A stretch of DNA of 64,000 nt from Octopus vulgaris (GCA_951406725.2 OX597822.1:51646001-51710000), one strand, 5' to 3'. Positions 38,590 through 53,559 are shown, numbered from the stretch's first letter. The notes: generated by a model from the letters alone, not told the origin. Numbers and translations: made by a program.

Positions 38590-41295
38590 TTTGGGACCTG
38601 GATTTGTACCCTAGAGTTATGGATTTTTCACAACTTAATAACCTTTTACTGTAATTAGTGAATAAATTTATAAACCCCAAGAAACTAACATTTATTTTGC
38701 TTTATTTCAAAAAACGTTACCTCCAACTTAAGAAACCGATTACCACTTTTGACCCAAATCATGCTAAGTTTTAGTGCGGTTTATAACGCTTGCACAAGTT
38801 TTTTATCAAACTTTGTGTGCTGACTCAATGCAATGCAGAAATTTCAGCTTTCTAGTTGAAGTAGTTTCGGAGTTATGGGCTTTTAAAACTATAATCACTA
38901 GGTGGCACTAAATTCACACTTCAGTATTTCCTCCGCCTAAATCCTTGCAAACGCAAGAGAGATGTGGAATAAAAGTGTATTTATACATCTTTAAGATTAG
39001 TGAAATTGCTCTGTGTAAGACAGAGGCCGCTACAAGCATTCGATAACATACAACATTTAAATCAATACATATTTTTAACTTTATAAGTGTAATTCCAATT
39101 TTTAATAACTATATAAGAAAAAGGGTGCTGAATGTTATCAAATTTTTAGACACAATAAAGAATTAATATATTTTGTTAGATGAGATAAATCGAAGCTAAA
39201 GTTTCACCTTCTTTTTACAAACATCATAAAGATCTTGAAATCACTTGACTGCCTGTTCTGCACTCTGATTTGTTCTGGAAAGTTCCAGTTTTGATGGTTC
39301 TCTACTCCAATAGATTTTTTCACACAGTTTAATGCCATTTTTACGAACTTGCAGGCTACCACATAACTTCTGATAATCGCGTGCATTGGACATTTGATCA
39401 GTAAAGTAAAACTCTGCCCAGCTGTAAGAGATGAATCGACGTACATTGAGAAGCAAAACTTTTTTCTCTAGTAGAAGAATAAATGCCAAAAGAGCTAGTA
39501 TTGCTCAAGAATTATTCCTTCTTGCATTAATTAAGTTGGATATTTTTTGAAAATTTACAGTAGGAAATTTTCCGGTTTCTTCAAAGAAACGAAAAACTAT
39601 GGTCAAATGAAAAAGAAATTTCATGTCATCTTGCCATTCTGCTGATTCACTAATCATTTCTTCACCATTATTTAAATTAGCATTGAGTTTCTCGTAATTA
39701 CTTAGAAGCTCTGGGATGAATGTATATTCAATATTGGGAGATGTCTTATTTTGTTATCCATTACAACACGAAAAACTCTATTAAGAATATGATGCTGACA
39801 GTCAATAAATTGCGGTTCTTTCAACACTTTTGAGCAAAAAGCCTTGGCAACTTAATGATAATGGCATTTCTTTTCCAAGTGTTCACACTCGTTGAATCAA
39901 TGGCAATCATCTTTACTTAGTTCCATAAGTTGTATTCATCTAAAAGAGCTGTTATGCTTTTACCAACAGTATCGGTTTTTCCCTTTGGTAATTCGAGTGC
40001 TACTAACTTAAGTTCTCTTTGTTCATTCGTTAAACATAGCACTTGGTATTCTTGGTCATCAATACGTTTACCATCAAAATTCAATGATCGGTTTTCTAAA
40101 CGTACTGTTTTCTTCATTTTCTTTTTTAGTTTAACGGATTCTTTGATAGCCAATACTAGATTGGGAAGGAGTCTCGATATTGATTCCATTTTCAGATATT
40201 TGTCGACAAACTGTTGCTGCTTTTTGAGTTGATAGCTTGGAAGATATTACTAACTTGTTTGCAGTTTCAGTTTTGCTATACTTCCTCCTTGTTTGTGTGG
40301 ATTCTTCATCTGATTTTTCGAATTGACACTAAGAAAACTTTTCTTCTTTTCCATGGATGGATACTTTTGGAACTGGCTGCCTTTCATGTTCCATACCCAA
40401 CCTGTCCCTTCCTTTCAATTTGAAGATAATATACCCTATCTTCACAGCACAGCCATTCACCGTTTTCCCTTTTAATGGAAAACGGTGAATTCCTTTCAAT
40501 GAATCGTATTTTCCTAGTTTCACACATTTATCGTAGGTATTCAGCAATTTTCTACTTTTGCTTGTACTCTTTGAATTGATAAATATGGCAAATTTGATTT
40601 CTTCTGCCATAAAAAAAGTTACTTCTTTCGAAATTTCCATTGTTCTTTCTTTTCTTCCCTAAGGAACGGGTAGCGACCGACAATTTGAAGTTTCATTGGT
40701 ATCCTGCAGTTGCTTTCCAAAGAATGTTCTTCTAGAGGAACAGGTCTTCTTTTCCTATGTAACTCTTGAAATTGGATGAGATTCTTCGTCCAGATTTTCT
40801 TTGTTTCTTTAAATGATATAGGCACTTCTCTTATGAGACATTATTTTAGATACTCTAGTTTGATAGGCCTACTATTCTGAAAAAAAAAGTTTATTCAGTG
40901 TTTTTAGCGTCCCAGAAATAAAAAGGAGAGGAAGAGGATATTACCTAAAGTAGGGCCTAAGTTGGAACAAATTAATAAATCTATAACTCCTAAACTACTT
41001 AAACTTGAAAGCTGGGATTTGAGATATACTGTTTCTGCAATACATTAAGTCAGTACACCATGTTTGGTAAAAACTTCAGCAGGCATCATGAAGCATGATA
41101 TGGATCAAAAGTGGTGTTAGATTCCTTCAGCTGGGATGAGGTTTTTGTTTTTAAAGACTTATAATAAAGGTTATTTACCCTAATTATATGAAATTGCTCA
41201 TCGACTTTTGATACAGGAAATTGTTTATCCCTGCAAAATCAAAAAGTCATAACTCTATTGTATCCTAAACAAATTTCTTTTCTGGGCCACTGGCC
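38590..41295 (-). mobile_element. hAT-like (hATm-type) DNA transposon with a decayed transposase and long imperfect terminal inverted repeats
   Basis: Minus-strand pieces SLNFDGK, LVALELPKGK, LLDEYNLWN*VKMIAIDSTSVNT and FIDCQHHILNRV match the DGK/DTT..NTG/CxHH pattern. 38610-38880 matches 40980-41260 in inverted orientation (ACCACTTTTGACCCA vs TGGATCAAAAGTGGT; GTAGTTTCGGAGTTAT vs ATAACTCCTAAACTAC). Confidence 0.75.
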
Positions 41296-42425
41296 CAAAC
41301 GCAGGTGAAGAAAGTGTATGGAAAGATAAAGGTTCGAGTGAGATCTGTGTCTGTGTATGTGAAAGAAGTAACACTAAACATATAATGCAATGAAAATTTG
41401 ACGAATGCAATTTACACCATTAGAATTATAATCTTTATGATTTAGCAAGCGTTTTTTGTGTACGATGGTGTAAAAATCGACTGAACGAAACCGTGACGCG
41501 GATTGGTATTACTGTTTAACTGAGACAATATTGAGAATATAATGTCTCTATACACTTCTAACTGAAATTTGTATTGAGCATATTTTAAGTATCTGTCTAT
41601 AAAAATAGACTCACACATACATATGGTCATGCACACAAGCACACACACGCACACACAGATATGTTCGTGCGTGTGTTTAGAAAAGGAGAGAAAGTCAGAT
41701 GATAGATAATAGCAATATACAGAAAGGAAAATATGTTAATTTACACAATGGGTGTAAGTGGTGCAAGAACGTACATAGAAATACGCAAAACGCGAGATGT
41801 TTAATCGATCGTAACGATTGCAGAAGCAGACGTACTTCTACAGATATCAATACTGTCATATAAACATGTGTGTGGATTTCTTATACAGAAAAAAATGTCA
41901 GAAAAAAATGGTGTCTTAATCAGCTCACATTGACCGAACAAGTATAGAGGAACATACATATACACAAACAAAATCACACACATGTATAGATACATACAGC
42001 TAAAATGGGAAACAGTTCTGTTTGCAATGTACAATTTTCGAGCTTTCCTCAAGTGCTCACAATAAAAGAGCAATGAAGAAGTGCCACTTGTCTTTCGTTC
42101 TTGACTCACAATATTGAATAGATTCACTGAAGGTCAACCAAAAGGTTAAACTTGTATTTATTGTGTCGACGATAAAAACAGTAGATAGAGATTGATCTAC
42201 CGCAAGCAAAGTGAAAGGGGGATGGAGATGTAGAAAAAATATGAAACGTAGATAGCAAAACAAGGTAAAATTCAGAATTAGAAAATAGAAAGGAAGAGAC
42301 TATGAGAGAAGAATAGGGGAATAACGAAATTTAATATATTCGTAATACTGGAATGCAGGTCGAACAGGCGAACACACACACGATTACATACATATAAATA
42401 CATATATATATATATACCCACATGC

Positions 42426-42503
<78 letters not shown>

Positions 42504-42940
42504 CATATACATATATATGTGTAAATGCATGTTTGGTTATATGTAGCTATAGTCGCCCTCGATCATGACTGAGGGTGCAGGTGCTCATGTGTGGCATGCG
42601 CAAGACAGTTTGAGAAGGCACCCAGTTTCTCATGCTGGTCTAATTCCTCTACACCAACCGTGTTTCTGAATCGGCAAAACTGCTGAATTGGACCGAGAGA
42701 GTCTGGTACCAATTTTGTCACATCTGCTGCTCTCAAAACGTAAAGAAGTGAAACATAAAAAGGAAAAGAGCTTCCTAAATCGCCAAGAATTCAGTCAATC
42801 TACTACCCTAGACTGATACTTTTTGTCCATCCCAAGACAATGAAATGGTCAATCTGCCTTGGTCATGTTTGAAATCCTTGCTCAGAAAACTGGAACAAAT
42901 ACCAAAAGGCATTCAATAAAACGTTCTAATTACTTACCAG

Positions 42941-43137
42941 TATATTACTCCTAAAAATACCAAAAGCTATTAACACTTTAAATCTTTCTGAATAATACTA
43001 AGAATTGATATTTCTCAATGGAAAGTATAATACATTCCTCTCTGACTCTCTGTCAATCCTACCAACCATAAAACATTTAGAAGAGTAAACTTAGATGAAA
43101 TTTTATCTACTTTAAGACTATATGCATGTTAGAGAAA
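42941..43137 (+). repeat. ~195-bp direct repeat, copy 1
   Basis: Closely matches 46397-46590. Confidence 0.9.
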
Positions 43138-43269
43138 TACCCTTTATTTGTTGCAGGTTATGCCTCTATCACGAACACTGCAAAGGAGATGTTAAACATG
43201 GAGGAGATGTGTAACATGGAGGAGATGTTAAAGATGGAGACTTTACATTATTGTATTCAAAAATTTAGT

Positions 43270-43915
43270 TCGATTATTAAAATCCAGAAAACTGCATGTC
43301 CTACCTCGAGCCATGCGACACAACTTCATCACGCTATCACTAAAAGGCAGAACCAGTTGGAGAAAGCCTCTTACCTATCTGGGTAGTGCATTCAGTATCG
43401 ATGTTAGATTTCATGGCAAACTAGGTCGCAGGATGAGGAATGTTAGATTGGCATTTGGAAGGGTTAGGGAACAACTGCGAAACAAGAAAGTTGCTGTGAA
43501 ATGAAGATCAATATATAATGCCTCAATCAATTGCACAGATCAAATTCGCGTACTTTACACTTTACCATATCAAGGTGACGGGAGAATACATCTACCTTCA
43601 TTCATAATAAACACCAAATACGACAGTACACAAACATCACTGAGCAAGCGAAAGTCATAAAAACTACGATTCTACAGAAAACCAACCTCTGTATTATGAA
43701 AGAGAAAAGTATCTTGAGGCCTTCGCAGGCTAGGGCAAGTTCTGTGAAGGGAGAAAGTACGGTCACCGAAACAAAGAGCGTACTCACACTGTTGAGACGT
43801 CCGTAAAATCAGGTTAAAACCTACTTGAGATACACGGATATGGTAAACACACTGTGAAGAGATTAAACGTTGTTTACTACAACTGAGCAACTGCGACGTA
43901 TGACAGAAACCTACG
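43270..43915 (+). mobile_element. RTE-like LINE RT C-terminal remnant
   Basis: YLGSAFSIDV...LGRRMRNVRLAFGRVREQL...KINI matches the YLGS / AFGRL region of RTE ORF2. Heavily decayed. Confidence 0.65.
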
Positions 43916-45899
43916 AAGCAGTATGACCTACCTTCGCTATTACATATTGTAACTATATATATACGGAAAGTGATCGTCTATGCCGACGCACACTATATTA
44001 TACACATTATAGATAAACATATGCAGTAAAAAAACTATTTTGGCTCAGCCTGAAACCGTCTGTATACATCTATAGAAAAAATCGATATTCGTTCTGCTAA
44101 TTAAACAAAAAGGAGCTACAGTTCATAGAGTGTGTAATATAGCTTTCAAGCGTTCATAACGAAAATCATTCAAACTTTATGAAAGTTTGTCCTTACATTA
44201 TATGTGGAGACTTTTTAACAGCACGGTATTTCGCCTTCCAGCTATCTGTTTTATATATAAGTGGTTTGCTCTGAAAGATGTTTAATGTGGGGTGATTACT
44301 GTCAATGTTTCATTAAGTATTTTGTCTATGAATAATTAACTCTAAAGATGTGCTAGCGAACTTATCGACGCAGAAGTGCTTCTTTTGTAGCCTCTTATCT
44401 CGTATGAAGACATTTTAAACGTCATAATCTTATAGCAGGCTGATATATCATCTTCATCATTTTCCAAATGCGTTAATATTTCAAACTAAACAGCTAATCC
44501 ATTGTCTAGAAATAGTACCCAAAACCGTCATTACTTTACACTCTAGCTTTTTTACGAATAGAAATTAAATTCCTGACACGCCATGGCTGAGCCAAACTAG
44601 AAAATGGGTGAGAGATGGCTTAAACGTATTTGTTATTTAGTTTGCTGGATGGTGCTGACTTGGTTAAATACAAAAATCAATAACAGCTACATATAATAAT
44701 CTGTCCGGCTGTGGTGAAGAAAATATCTCAGGTCCTGCTTTCTTTTTCATCTTCTTGTCGATTATTCTCAAAATGTAGAAAATGCTACTCTTGCTTCAAC
44801 CATTTCTCTTATTTTCATATTGCATAGATAAGTTTTATTATGTTGCGTCTAAACAGCAGTGGTATGTGATTATATCAACGCAAATATATTTAATTTTTTT
44901 ACAACCCTGATGAAATCAATGTAAGGTGCATATGAAGATGCTACGGTATTATCTCTTGTAAATTCTCGAGGTGAAATTTCCTAAAAGATGTAGAAAGTTT
45001 TTCATCAAATTCCACATTGTCCTTTAACCACTCTACGGAATGTACATAAGAAAAACATTTTCAATCTTAACTCATACAAAGTGTTTTAAGAACAGTGAAA
45101 TTCCCAACTTGCACAATTTGTGCAGCTATATATTCGCAAACATCATCTTAATTTCCAAGGTTATCAATGTAAAAGATCCTCTGCTCATATTTTACACATA
45201 ATCTAACATTTATTGAAAATATAATGAGTATTTCCACATGTTTGAATCCATTCGCAGAATTTAAAATTTAATTGCACACGCAAATCTCTATAATATATTT
45301 GTGAAGGTATTAACGATCTTAGATCTTTAATTCGCCATTTCGTAGATTCCCAATTCAACTTGGTATCAGCTAATGATATGCAGTATCATCGATTTCGGCC
45401 AGTATAATGACTTTTGTAGTATTCTCCACAGAAAATCGCAGATATGACGACCAATTAAAGCTAGCGATTTATAGAGATGCTGAATATCATATTGGCCGTC
45501 ACATATCTTCAAACACATTTAAATGTTTGTAGTGATGAATGTAACTGATAACAAGAAAAACAAAAAGTATCAAACCATTTCATCATTTTTAAGTGGTAAA
45601 CATCACCAACACAAATTAAAACCCCATATGCATCGGAATTTCCCGAAGATTGACTTTCTCTGCAACACTATAGCTAAAAGTAGCTACCTAGAAGTCGTTT
45701 ACTAGATCAAAAGTGCATTTGAAATTTATACTAAATATATGTTTCTGATTTATGTTTTCTACAAACGGTAATATTTTCGAAAATTCCATCCCTAATTTGA
45801 GTACTAGCATCCCCACTTTACTCTTAAAACCATTTTGACAAGGTTGCCTCTTCGTATACTGCTCTGCAAAACAGAGGCTTCATGAAGACAATCTTTTAT

Positions 45900-46380
45900 T
45901 ACCCTCCTATATGAAAATATCTATAACTCGGCCCAGGAAAATTATCTGCTTCGTATTTTCTTTTGGTAATCAACAAAGCTGATGTAGTTAAACAAAATGC
46001 TGGCCTATCTTTCGACCTCAACGTAAAGGTATTACAGCAAGATGATGTGAAGATCAACTATGTCTGCGTTCCTAATGTAAACTCCATAAAAACAGTCAAA
46101 GTATGTCTGTTGTAGTATGAAGATGTTCATTTACAAAGAAATATGAAAAATGAATACACTTTAGATCAAAGAACATCAATTCACTTGAAGTGAAAACAAT
46201 ATGAAGCAAACTCGATTTAAGCAAAAATTCTGACTATTTGTCTTCTTTAAAATATTCGAACAAATGAACAGCCACACTGGCAGATATTACATTGTCTTTG
46301 AAGTAAAAGTAGTTGCAATATGGCGGCACATATAAAACATTCAACAAGAAAAGTTCTATTTAATCGTATCCGCACACTGG
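45900..46380 (+). mobile_element. very old Penelope-like coding remnant
   Basis: DDVKINYVCVPNVNSI resembles the VKISYSCMPNI linker motif of PLE ORFs. Confidence 0.3.
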
Positions 46381-46396
46381 AACATAGATTGCCAAC

Positions 46397-46590
46397 ATAT
46401 TACTCTAAAAATACCAAAAGTTATTAACACTTTAAATCTTTCTGAATAGTACTAAGAATTGATATTTGTCAATGGAAACTATAATACATTTCTCTCTGAC
46501 TCTCTGTCAATCCTACCAACAATAATACATTTACAAGAGTAAAATTAAATGAAATTTTATCTACTTCAAGACTATATGCATGTTAGAGAA
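46397..46590 (+). repeat. ~195-bp direct repeat, copy 2
   Basis: Closely matches 42941-43137. Confidence 0.9.
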
Positions 46591-49459
46591 ACAATGCCAT
46601 TTATAACACTGTTTACGAAATATATGTTTAAGGGTAATATTAATCTTTTATGGTCATTAGGAGAAATTAGTTTACCTTAATGTTATAATGCCACAGAAAT
46701 TTTACTGTCAGCTCTCTTTCGAAATTTCGCTAAACTGCCATCTTGTACAATTTTGCTTCTTGTTGACGGGTGGGGAAAATAAAACAATCAGAAGCCCGGC
46801 GTAGAGCCTACTTTTTGCATGAAGCCATTGGTAACTTGTGTATGATAAATCACATTATACGCATTATAACCATGCACGTATATATACATACACACATGCA
46901 TGTACCCGTGTGTACGTATGTATGCATTGCGTCTATGCATGCTTGTATGTATGTATGTATGCATGCATGCATGCATGTATGTATGTATGTATGTATGTAT
47001 GTATGCGAAGGAATGCGTGTATTTGAATGTAAAGACATAAGTCCTTATATAACCATCATCTTGTTTACAGAAATAACGGCTTTTTAAAAAATGATTTTAA
47101 AGCTAGTTACATGCATTTATATAGAACTATGCACAAATATTTCATACATACACTAACACTTGAATGGAATAAATATATCATATAATATTATATTGTATTA
47201 TATAGTAAAAGCATAAAGCATAGAAAACAATTTCCGTTAAAGATATCTAGTCTGTGGTGTATGGGTATAAATGTACATATAATATAATTCCATAACTTTG
47301 AGTAGAAAGTTACTAACATTGAAGTAATTCTTCCATATGCAAGCTGCCACCTCTAAACGGAAACACATCCCTTTCAAAGCACAGCATCAATCATTAACAA
47401 TACAATAAAACATCAGCGAAAAATACAATAACAACAAATATAGGCACGGAAATCTATTGATATATGTCTTTTGGCTTTCTTCAAAAAATGTCAAAATAAT
47501 AATACCCGTATCTCTTACATTTCATACCAAATATTTGTCTGGACTGTTTTTCTTCATTTTCAATAATGCCATCACCTGGAACCATTCAGAATCTCGCAAA
47601 ACTTAAAAGAATTTGATAGCGATCTAGTCAAACACTTTCAAAGGAAATATCAATATTCAGTTCGTTTTATACTTCACAATTGAAAATAAAGGTAATACAT
47701 ACAATTTAAGAGGGAAAAAAACTAGAGTACGACCAACTAAAAAGAATAGTAATACATCTATACAGTTATCTTCGCTTTATAAAAGACTGTCGGATGTTAA
47801 ATAGTATAGACTTGCTTTAAGATCGGATGCCATAGAAGCTTATATATAATAACATAAATTTGAGGCATTCCTTTTATTCTTTCCATAAAGCTGAAGTGAG
47901 TAACTATATTTTTCTAAATCAAAAACATGAAAATCATATATTTTAAAAATCTAAAATAAATGTTAATTATGTTTATTTTATTACATGCTGTGATGTATTG
48001 GCAGAAAGATATCGCGATACTACCGATAATACCCGAAAGTATGTTGAAAAAAAAGCTATATGTAGATAGGTTCTTCTCCACATCGCACAATCTATCTGCA
48101 TTTATTTTCTCCCACAAATTGTAAGATAATCATACTTATAGCGTTATGAGCAACAATATAATAAATTCCACTGGATATGTAGTTTCACTTACAGAACATT
48201 ACTTCATATTTCACTATTAGTCATATAGTCTTTATAAAAATTCATGTTCTTTTTGAGCAAATCAAATCGACTATTGGGTGCGCGTGTGTTTTTTATGTTT
48301 TATCTCATTTAAATTTTAATTTCTGCACTTTTTATAGATTTCAAATATTATGTCATGTCTAAAAGTGAACTGGATAATAGGCCTTCGAATAGATGTTAAT
48401 AACACTATTCAAGGCTTGAAACAAAAGATAATCATATATAAAGCTTGTACCTTCGTAATGTATTAATAGTAAAAATGCAAAATATGTGCTTAAACACCCA
48501 CATATAAATTGTATAGTCATGTATATGGTATGTAGAATATTGATGAGAAGAATCCTTCATGTTCCGATCCTCTATTATCTGTGATTCCAGACGACCTAGT
48601 GTCATAGTAAGAATTGCAACTGGGAGCAGTAGTACCGAACTCTTTAATTCACCAAACAACTGGCCAAATACATCAGAAAATAATAACATATCTATTCTCT
48701 TAATACAGTAAGGCAGATGCTAACGTGAATATACGGTCAATGTTGCTCTTCGTCATTGGAAAACGAAAAGTTAAGTACGTTAGAATCTGTACCAATTGCA
48801 TGATCTCTGCTCCAGCTTTGCCACAACAATCATGCTGGTCCTAGTAAAAGCGTAAAAGAGATTCTTATATGGATTGCATAGTTTCAAGAATATAGGCCAG
48901 TTTCCACGGGGGTTTGAACGATTACACTAGTTAGGGGTTAGTATACTCCATTGAATACCGTACATGACACTTAACTGACGTTATTTTATGGACCCTCAAA
49001 GGAAAAACGGTATAGATAACCGCGGCAAGATTTGGACTCAGAATTTAATGAAATTTTGAAAAGCAATTTTTTGACGCTCTAACGATTCAAATAAACGAAA
49101 TATTAATTAGGAATATAAACATTTAAGGAAATATTGAAAAAAAACTCCAGATATTTTGGAAATGGAATCTGAAATTTGCATTACACCAGTTAACATTAAC
49201 AGTTTAAAAAATAAATAAAATTTTATTCTTAATGAAAATAAACAGTTGAATAATTATAAACATTCTGATACACGTTACAATGAACCAGATTTAATTTTCC
49301 TGTCTGAAGACAAGTGATCGAAAACATCACAAAATTAGACTCATCTATTCTCTTAATACATTCCGGCAGATTCGAACTAGAACAACTGATTTTGTTTTAT
49401 ATTTGTTTTATTTTATTTTTATTGTGTGTGTTTTTTGTTTTTTTGTCATCGGAGAACAT

Positions 49460-50067
49460 TTCCTCCTTCAGATGACGTGCGATCATAGCGCACAGGATTT
49501 ACCAGCGTAGGAGATTTTGAGACACCGCAGCGTTTCGATCTCGTTGTTTATTTCCCCAATGGAATCTGCTCGTCGGACCCACGAAAAGAACGAACAAGGG
49601 CACGAGCTCTTGCTTATGCCAATCAGCAAACAAGTTATTTGCGGACGCGTGTGGATGTTTCAATGCGGCAGGGTAACTTCTACCGCAGGGACATGCAACG
49701 ACATCGAAATACCGAGATGTTTTGATACACGTTTACAGTTTTTGCGTTCCTTGAATTTAATGGGGCTGTGATGTTAGATCAGTTATTACTGGACTGAAAG
49801 AATGAAAGCGCCGGCTTAAAAGATTTCTCCTTTCTGACAACAGCCCTTGTAAAACATGCTGCTGCTTATGATGATGACGACAACGATGACGACGATGACA
49901 ACTACGGACTATGATGACGACGACCACGATGGCGATAAAGATGATGATGACAACGGTGACCCTGATGATAATAGGTTCAGTTGCTACAGTGATTGCTGCG
50001 GTCATTAAAGAATGGAGAGAGTGAGCTTATACCAGAAGTAGAGTGAATAGACAGACACAAGGTGAGT
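49460..50067 (+). promoter_or_regulatory. CpG-rich non-repetitive segment, possible promoter or 5' exon
   Basis: Locally high CpG and GC content, GCCAATCAG (CCAAT) at ~49618, TGACGT at ~49473, a (GAT/GAC)n tract, and a consensus donor AAG|GTGAGT at ~50061. Confidence 0.3.
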
Positions 50068-52379
50068 GTGGTCAACGCTAAATGGAGGCTGTTGGATCTG
50101 TTGTTCTAATTGTTGTCGCTGTCATTGAACTGTAGCATAGGAAATTATTAAATGGAATTTTACCAAGTGTTTTTAATGAGATGTAATGTTTTCGAAATCT
50201 GCTTTAGTTCGTGTTTGTCTTACCAATCGATTATTGATGAGTCTGCGTGTAAATATGTGTGTTAGTGCGTTTGTGTGTGTGTATGTTTGTGTATTCGTAT
50301 GTATGTATGTATGTATGTATGTATGTATGTATGTATGTATGTATGTATGTATGTATGTATGTATGTATGTATGTATGTGTGTATGTATGTATGTATAATC
50401 TAGCAAACGAATCTTCCTCGCGTCTATAAAAACAAACCAATAGCCACCTTCAAATCGATAGAGTCGAATTGTGTCAGTGACTAAATCATAGATGCATGAC
50501 AAAACGTTTGGCTCCATAAGACACAACAAAACTGGATATAACGGGTATATGTGTGCGCTTTAGATATTTGCAATTTTCACTGCAATGTAATAGTTCGTGA
50601 ATGTGATGTAGTTGTCTTCTACTTTTTATTTATTAGTATTTTTTTCTAGTAGGAGGAAGTTGATTTCTAACAGAGAAACGAAAGTTCTGTCATTGAAGTT
50701 TCTATAATAACAACGATAATTGCTAAACATCAAAATTTTAGATCTTGTATGTTTCTACTGTACGGGTTACAGATTTTATGAGTAAAGTTCATATTAAGCG
50801 GTCATTTTTCTTGCTTTAAACTCCTAGCCCTTTCCAGATTGTGATTTAGACTTTTACTCACAACCGAATAAGCTAATGGTTATTCATATAAAAGTAAATC
50901 TGTAATCATAGTAGATATTTCGATGTAGTTATCCAAAGCAATTCTCCTACTTTCTGATTATTGGAAAAATATTCACACCTTCAGAGCAACAAACCACTAT
51001 GATTGTACATACCAGTTATCAGTATGAACAGCTTTGACGTCATCGTACTCTCAGATATTACGCCATCATATAGACGTGGGGAAAATGTACGGCAGCCGCT
51101 ACACAGCATCGAACAATGTTCTGAGTCAGAGCATTTAGCCGCAAGGTATAGAGCACTAATTCGGAATTTCAAAGGTACAGAATTCGATTCTCAGTAGTGC
51201 CTGCAAGTCACTTTTTACCTGATTTTCTAAAAGATGTTGTCACACCTTTTCTCGTGCGTTCATAATTTTCTTCATTTCTAAAGAAATATTTCAACTCATT
51301 CGGCGCTTCATTTTTTACTTATAAAGGAAAAGTTAGCGTTATAAAAAACGCGATCTGCTGTCAGGGGTCGTTCAGCTCAATAGCACTGAGCGCTCAGTCA
51401 GAATTTTGCTGCTACTGCTCACGTCTTTCCCGTCTATAGGAGTACGTCATCCGATATTGTAGAGCTGTTTTCACAGCTACACACATACGCACACATACAT
51501 TGTATATATTAACCACTCCCAGACATTCACTCAACATGTTTTTGTTTTCATTCGCTCTCTGTTTATTTCCTCTTATTCCTTTCTGTCAAAGAGTGTAAGC
51601 TCGAAACGTAAAAGACCTTTCCATTTTTCCCAATCGTCAAACTAAAAGACTTACTTGTTCCTACACCTGTTTTCGTACTTGTTTTTCTGTAAATTTGAAC
51701 TATATATATATATATATATAAATTGATGTTTCGTTGCCAGGAAAGAGATGGCAGACCCAGGAAAGGGAAGAATGCTACTGCTATTTAGCCCCAGGAAACA
51801 AACATCGTTTCCAGTTGACTACGTGACACAAAACAAGGGAGATAAGTACCTTCAGAGAATGAGAGACATAAATCTATCTATAAATATATTTGTACACGTA
51901 GATGTATGTGCACTTACATCCTTGGCTAGATGTATTATATTACATATATACAGATGTAAATGTGCATTTGATTGATCTTCACTGAACATGCACACATCAC
52001 TATCACAATCTCTGAATCCTCTTTCAGTTGTTCTGTTCTGATCTTTTCCTTTCATCTACCACTTTACACTAGGCCAGTAAGCAATTATAGACTGGTGTTG
52101 AAAATCTGCTTTTGTATGTTGTTTTCTTTTTTCTCTTGACACTCTTTTACCCTTTTCTTCTCTTTGATAAGGAATAACACCTAAAGTTTCTACTTTGTCA
52201 CTTTCATTAGCATCTTTAATTACACTATACATGTCTTCCATAGTTGTTGGTTTTTAGCTTTAAATATTACACGTATTCAGTTAGATTTTTACGTGTTTGC
52301 TTCCATTTATTTTTATTGTGTTGAGTCGAAGTTTCCTTTATTCGGCAAATTACAATAAAAACAACCTAGCATTCAAAGT

Positions 52380-53186
52380 AGAAGTTATCGTGTTCCAGAG
52401 TTAGAAGTCACCTTTCTGACACATTTTGATCCCACGCTGATACCAGTTCTTATACTTAGAGGCGAAGAACTCCTTTATTGAAGGATCCATCTCCATTTGA
52501 TTGAGTCTGGAGCGTAGGAAGTGGACCATAGAATGGAACAAATAATTGTTCAAGTGAGCTAGGTCCAAGCTATAGGTTAGTTGTGGAATCAGGTCATTTC
52601 CTTCAGGTTCCTAGAGTTTATTCCGGGTCGTTCGAGCAGTATGAGGTCTTGTGTTGCAGAAGATCTCGCTTTCTATTAATTAATGCCGGGTGTTTTTGCC
52701 GCACAATCGCGTACATCCGTGAGATACCGCGCTCACCTTATACTCTGCGAGTGCTACTTGCGGAATGTGCCTCTAGAGCTTGGAGTACTGCCTCGAAATC
52801 CACGGTTTTAAGCCTACCTGACCATGCCGGATCATTGAGGCTCTTATAAGCCGAGCGAAATTTCTTGAACCATTTGATAACTGTACTGTGATCAACAGCG
52901 CATTCATCTTTCTCACAACAAATATCTTTGATTGCGTCTTCGGTGTTATGGCCGGATCTAGGTCGTAAACCATATGTTCCCAAATTATGCAACATCGTAC
53001 GTTCATCTGTAAAATTTTCAAATTGCATACGAAGTGAGGCAATACACAATGTACCAGCTCATCAACTACCTTGATACAACCAATCTCCGCGGGTAACTAT
53101 CAAAGCTCGAACTGTCTCAGCCACTTGATATACACGCCGCAAACTAGCACGTATGCAAATACTGAAAAAACTTTTGACTAACCTAA
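52380..53186 (-). mobile_element. mariner remnant with an internal deletion
   Basis: N-terminus GHNTEDAIKDICC...TVIKWFKKFRS...LNDPAWSGRLK. C-terminus RPHTARTT...YSLDLA..NYLFHSM...EFFASK..NWYQRGI. A terminus TTAGGTTAGTCAAAAG lies at ~53186. Confidence 0.85.
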
Positions 53187-53559
53187 ATTTCTTTTATTTT
53201 CTTATAAACTTAATCGCCCAATTTGTATTACATATGTTTCAGGACAGAGTTTTGGGATAAAGTATGTATTAAGCCGATATTGCATAAGTGCATTTGCAAG
53301 AAGTTCAAGTTAGAAAAGCTTGTCGACTAACAACTTTATATGCACGTGTTTGCGCGCGCTCGTATTACTGAGAAATCAAACAAACATATGTAACGTAAAG
53401 TATACTAGCCATCGCAATATGGCTAACCACTAAGGGTGGGTGTTACTGTAGCTTTTAGCCCCAGGAGATCATCGTCTCCAGCTGGCTTTAGGCACACTTT
53501 CTGTGTTCTTATAGTATTTGCAAAGGGAGGCCATCCCTCTCTCGTAAACCTAAGTGATA

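Noticed and set aside
48432-48710. Open frames on both strands in unique sequence
   Set aside because: They are short, with no motifs and no convincing splice-site pair.
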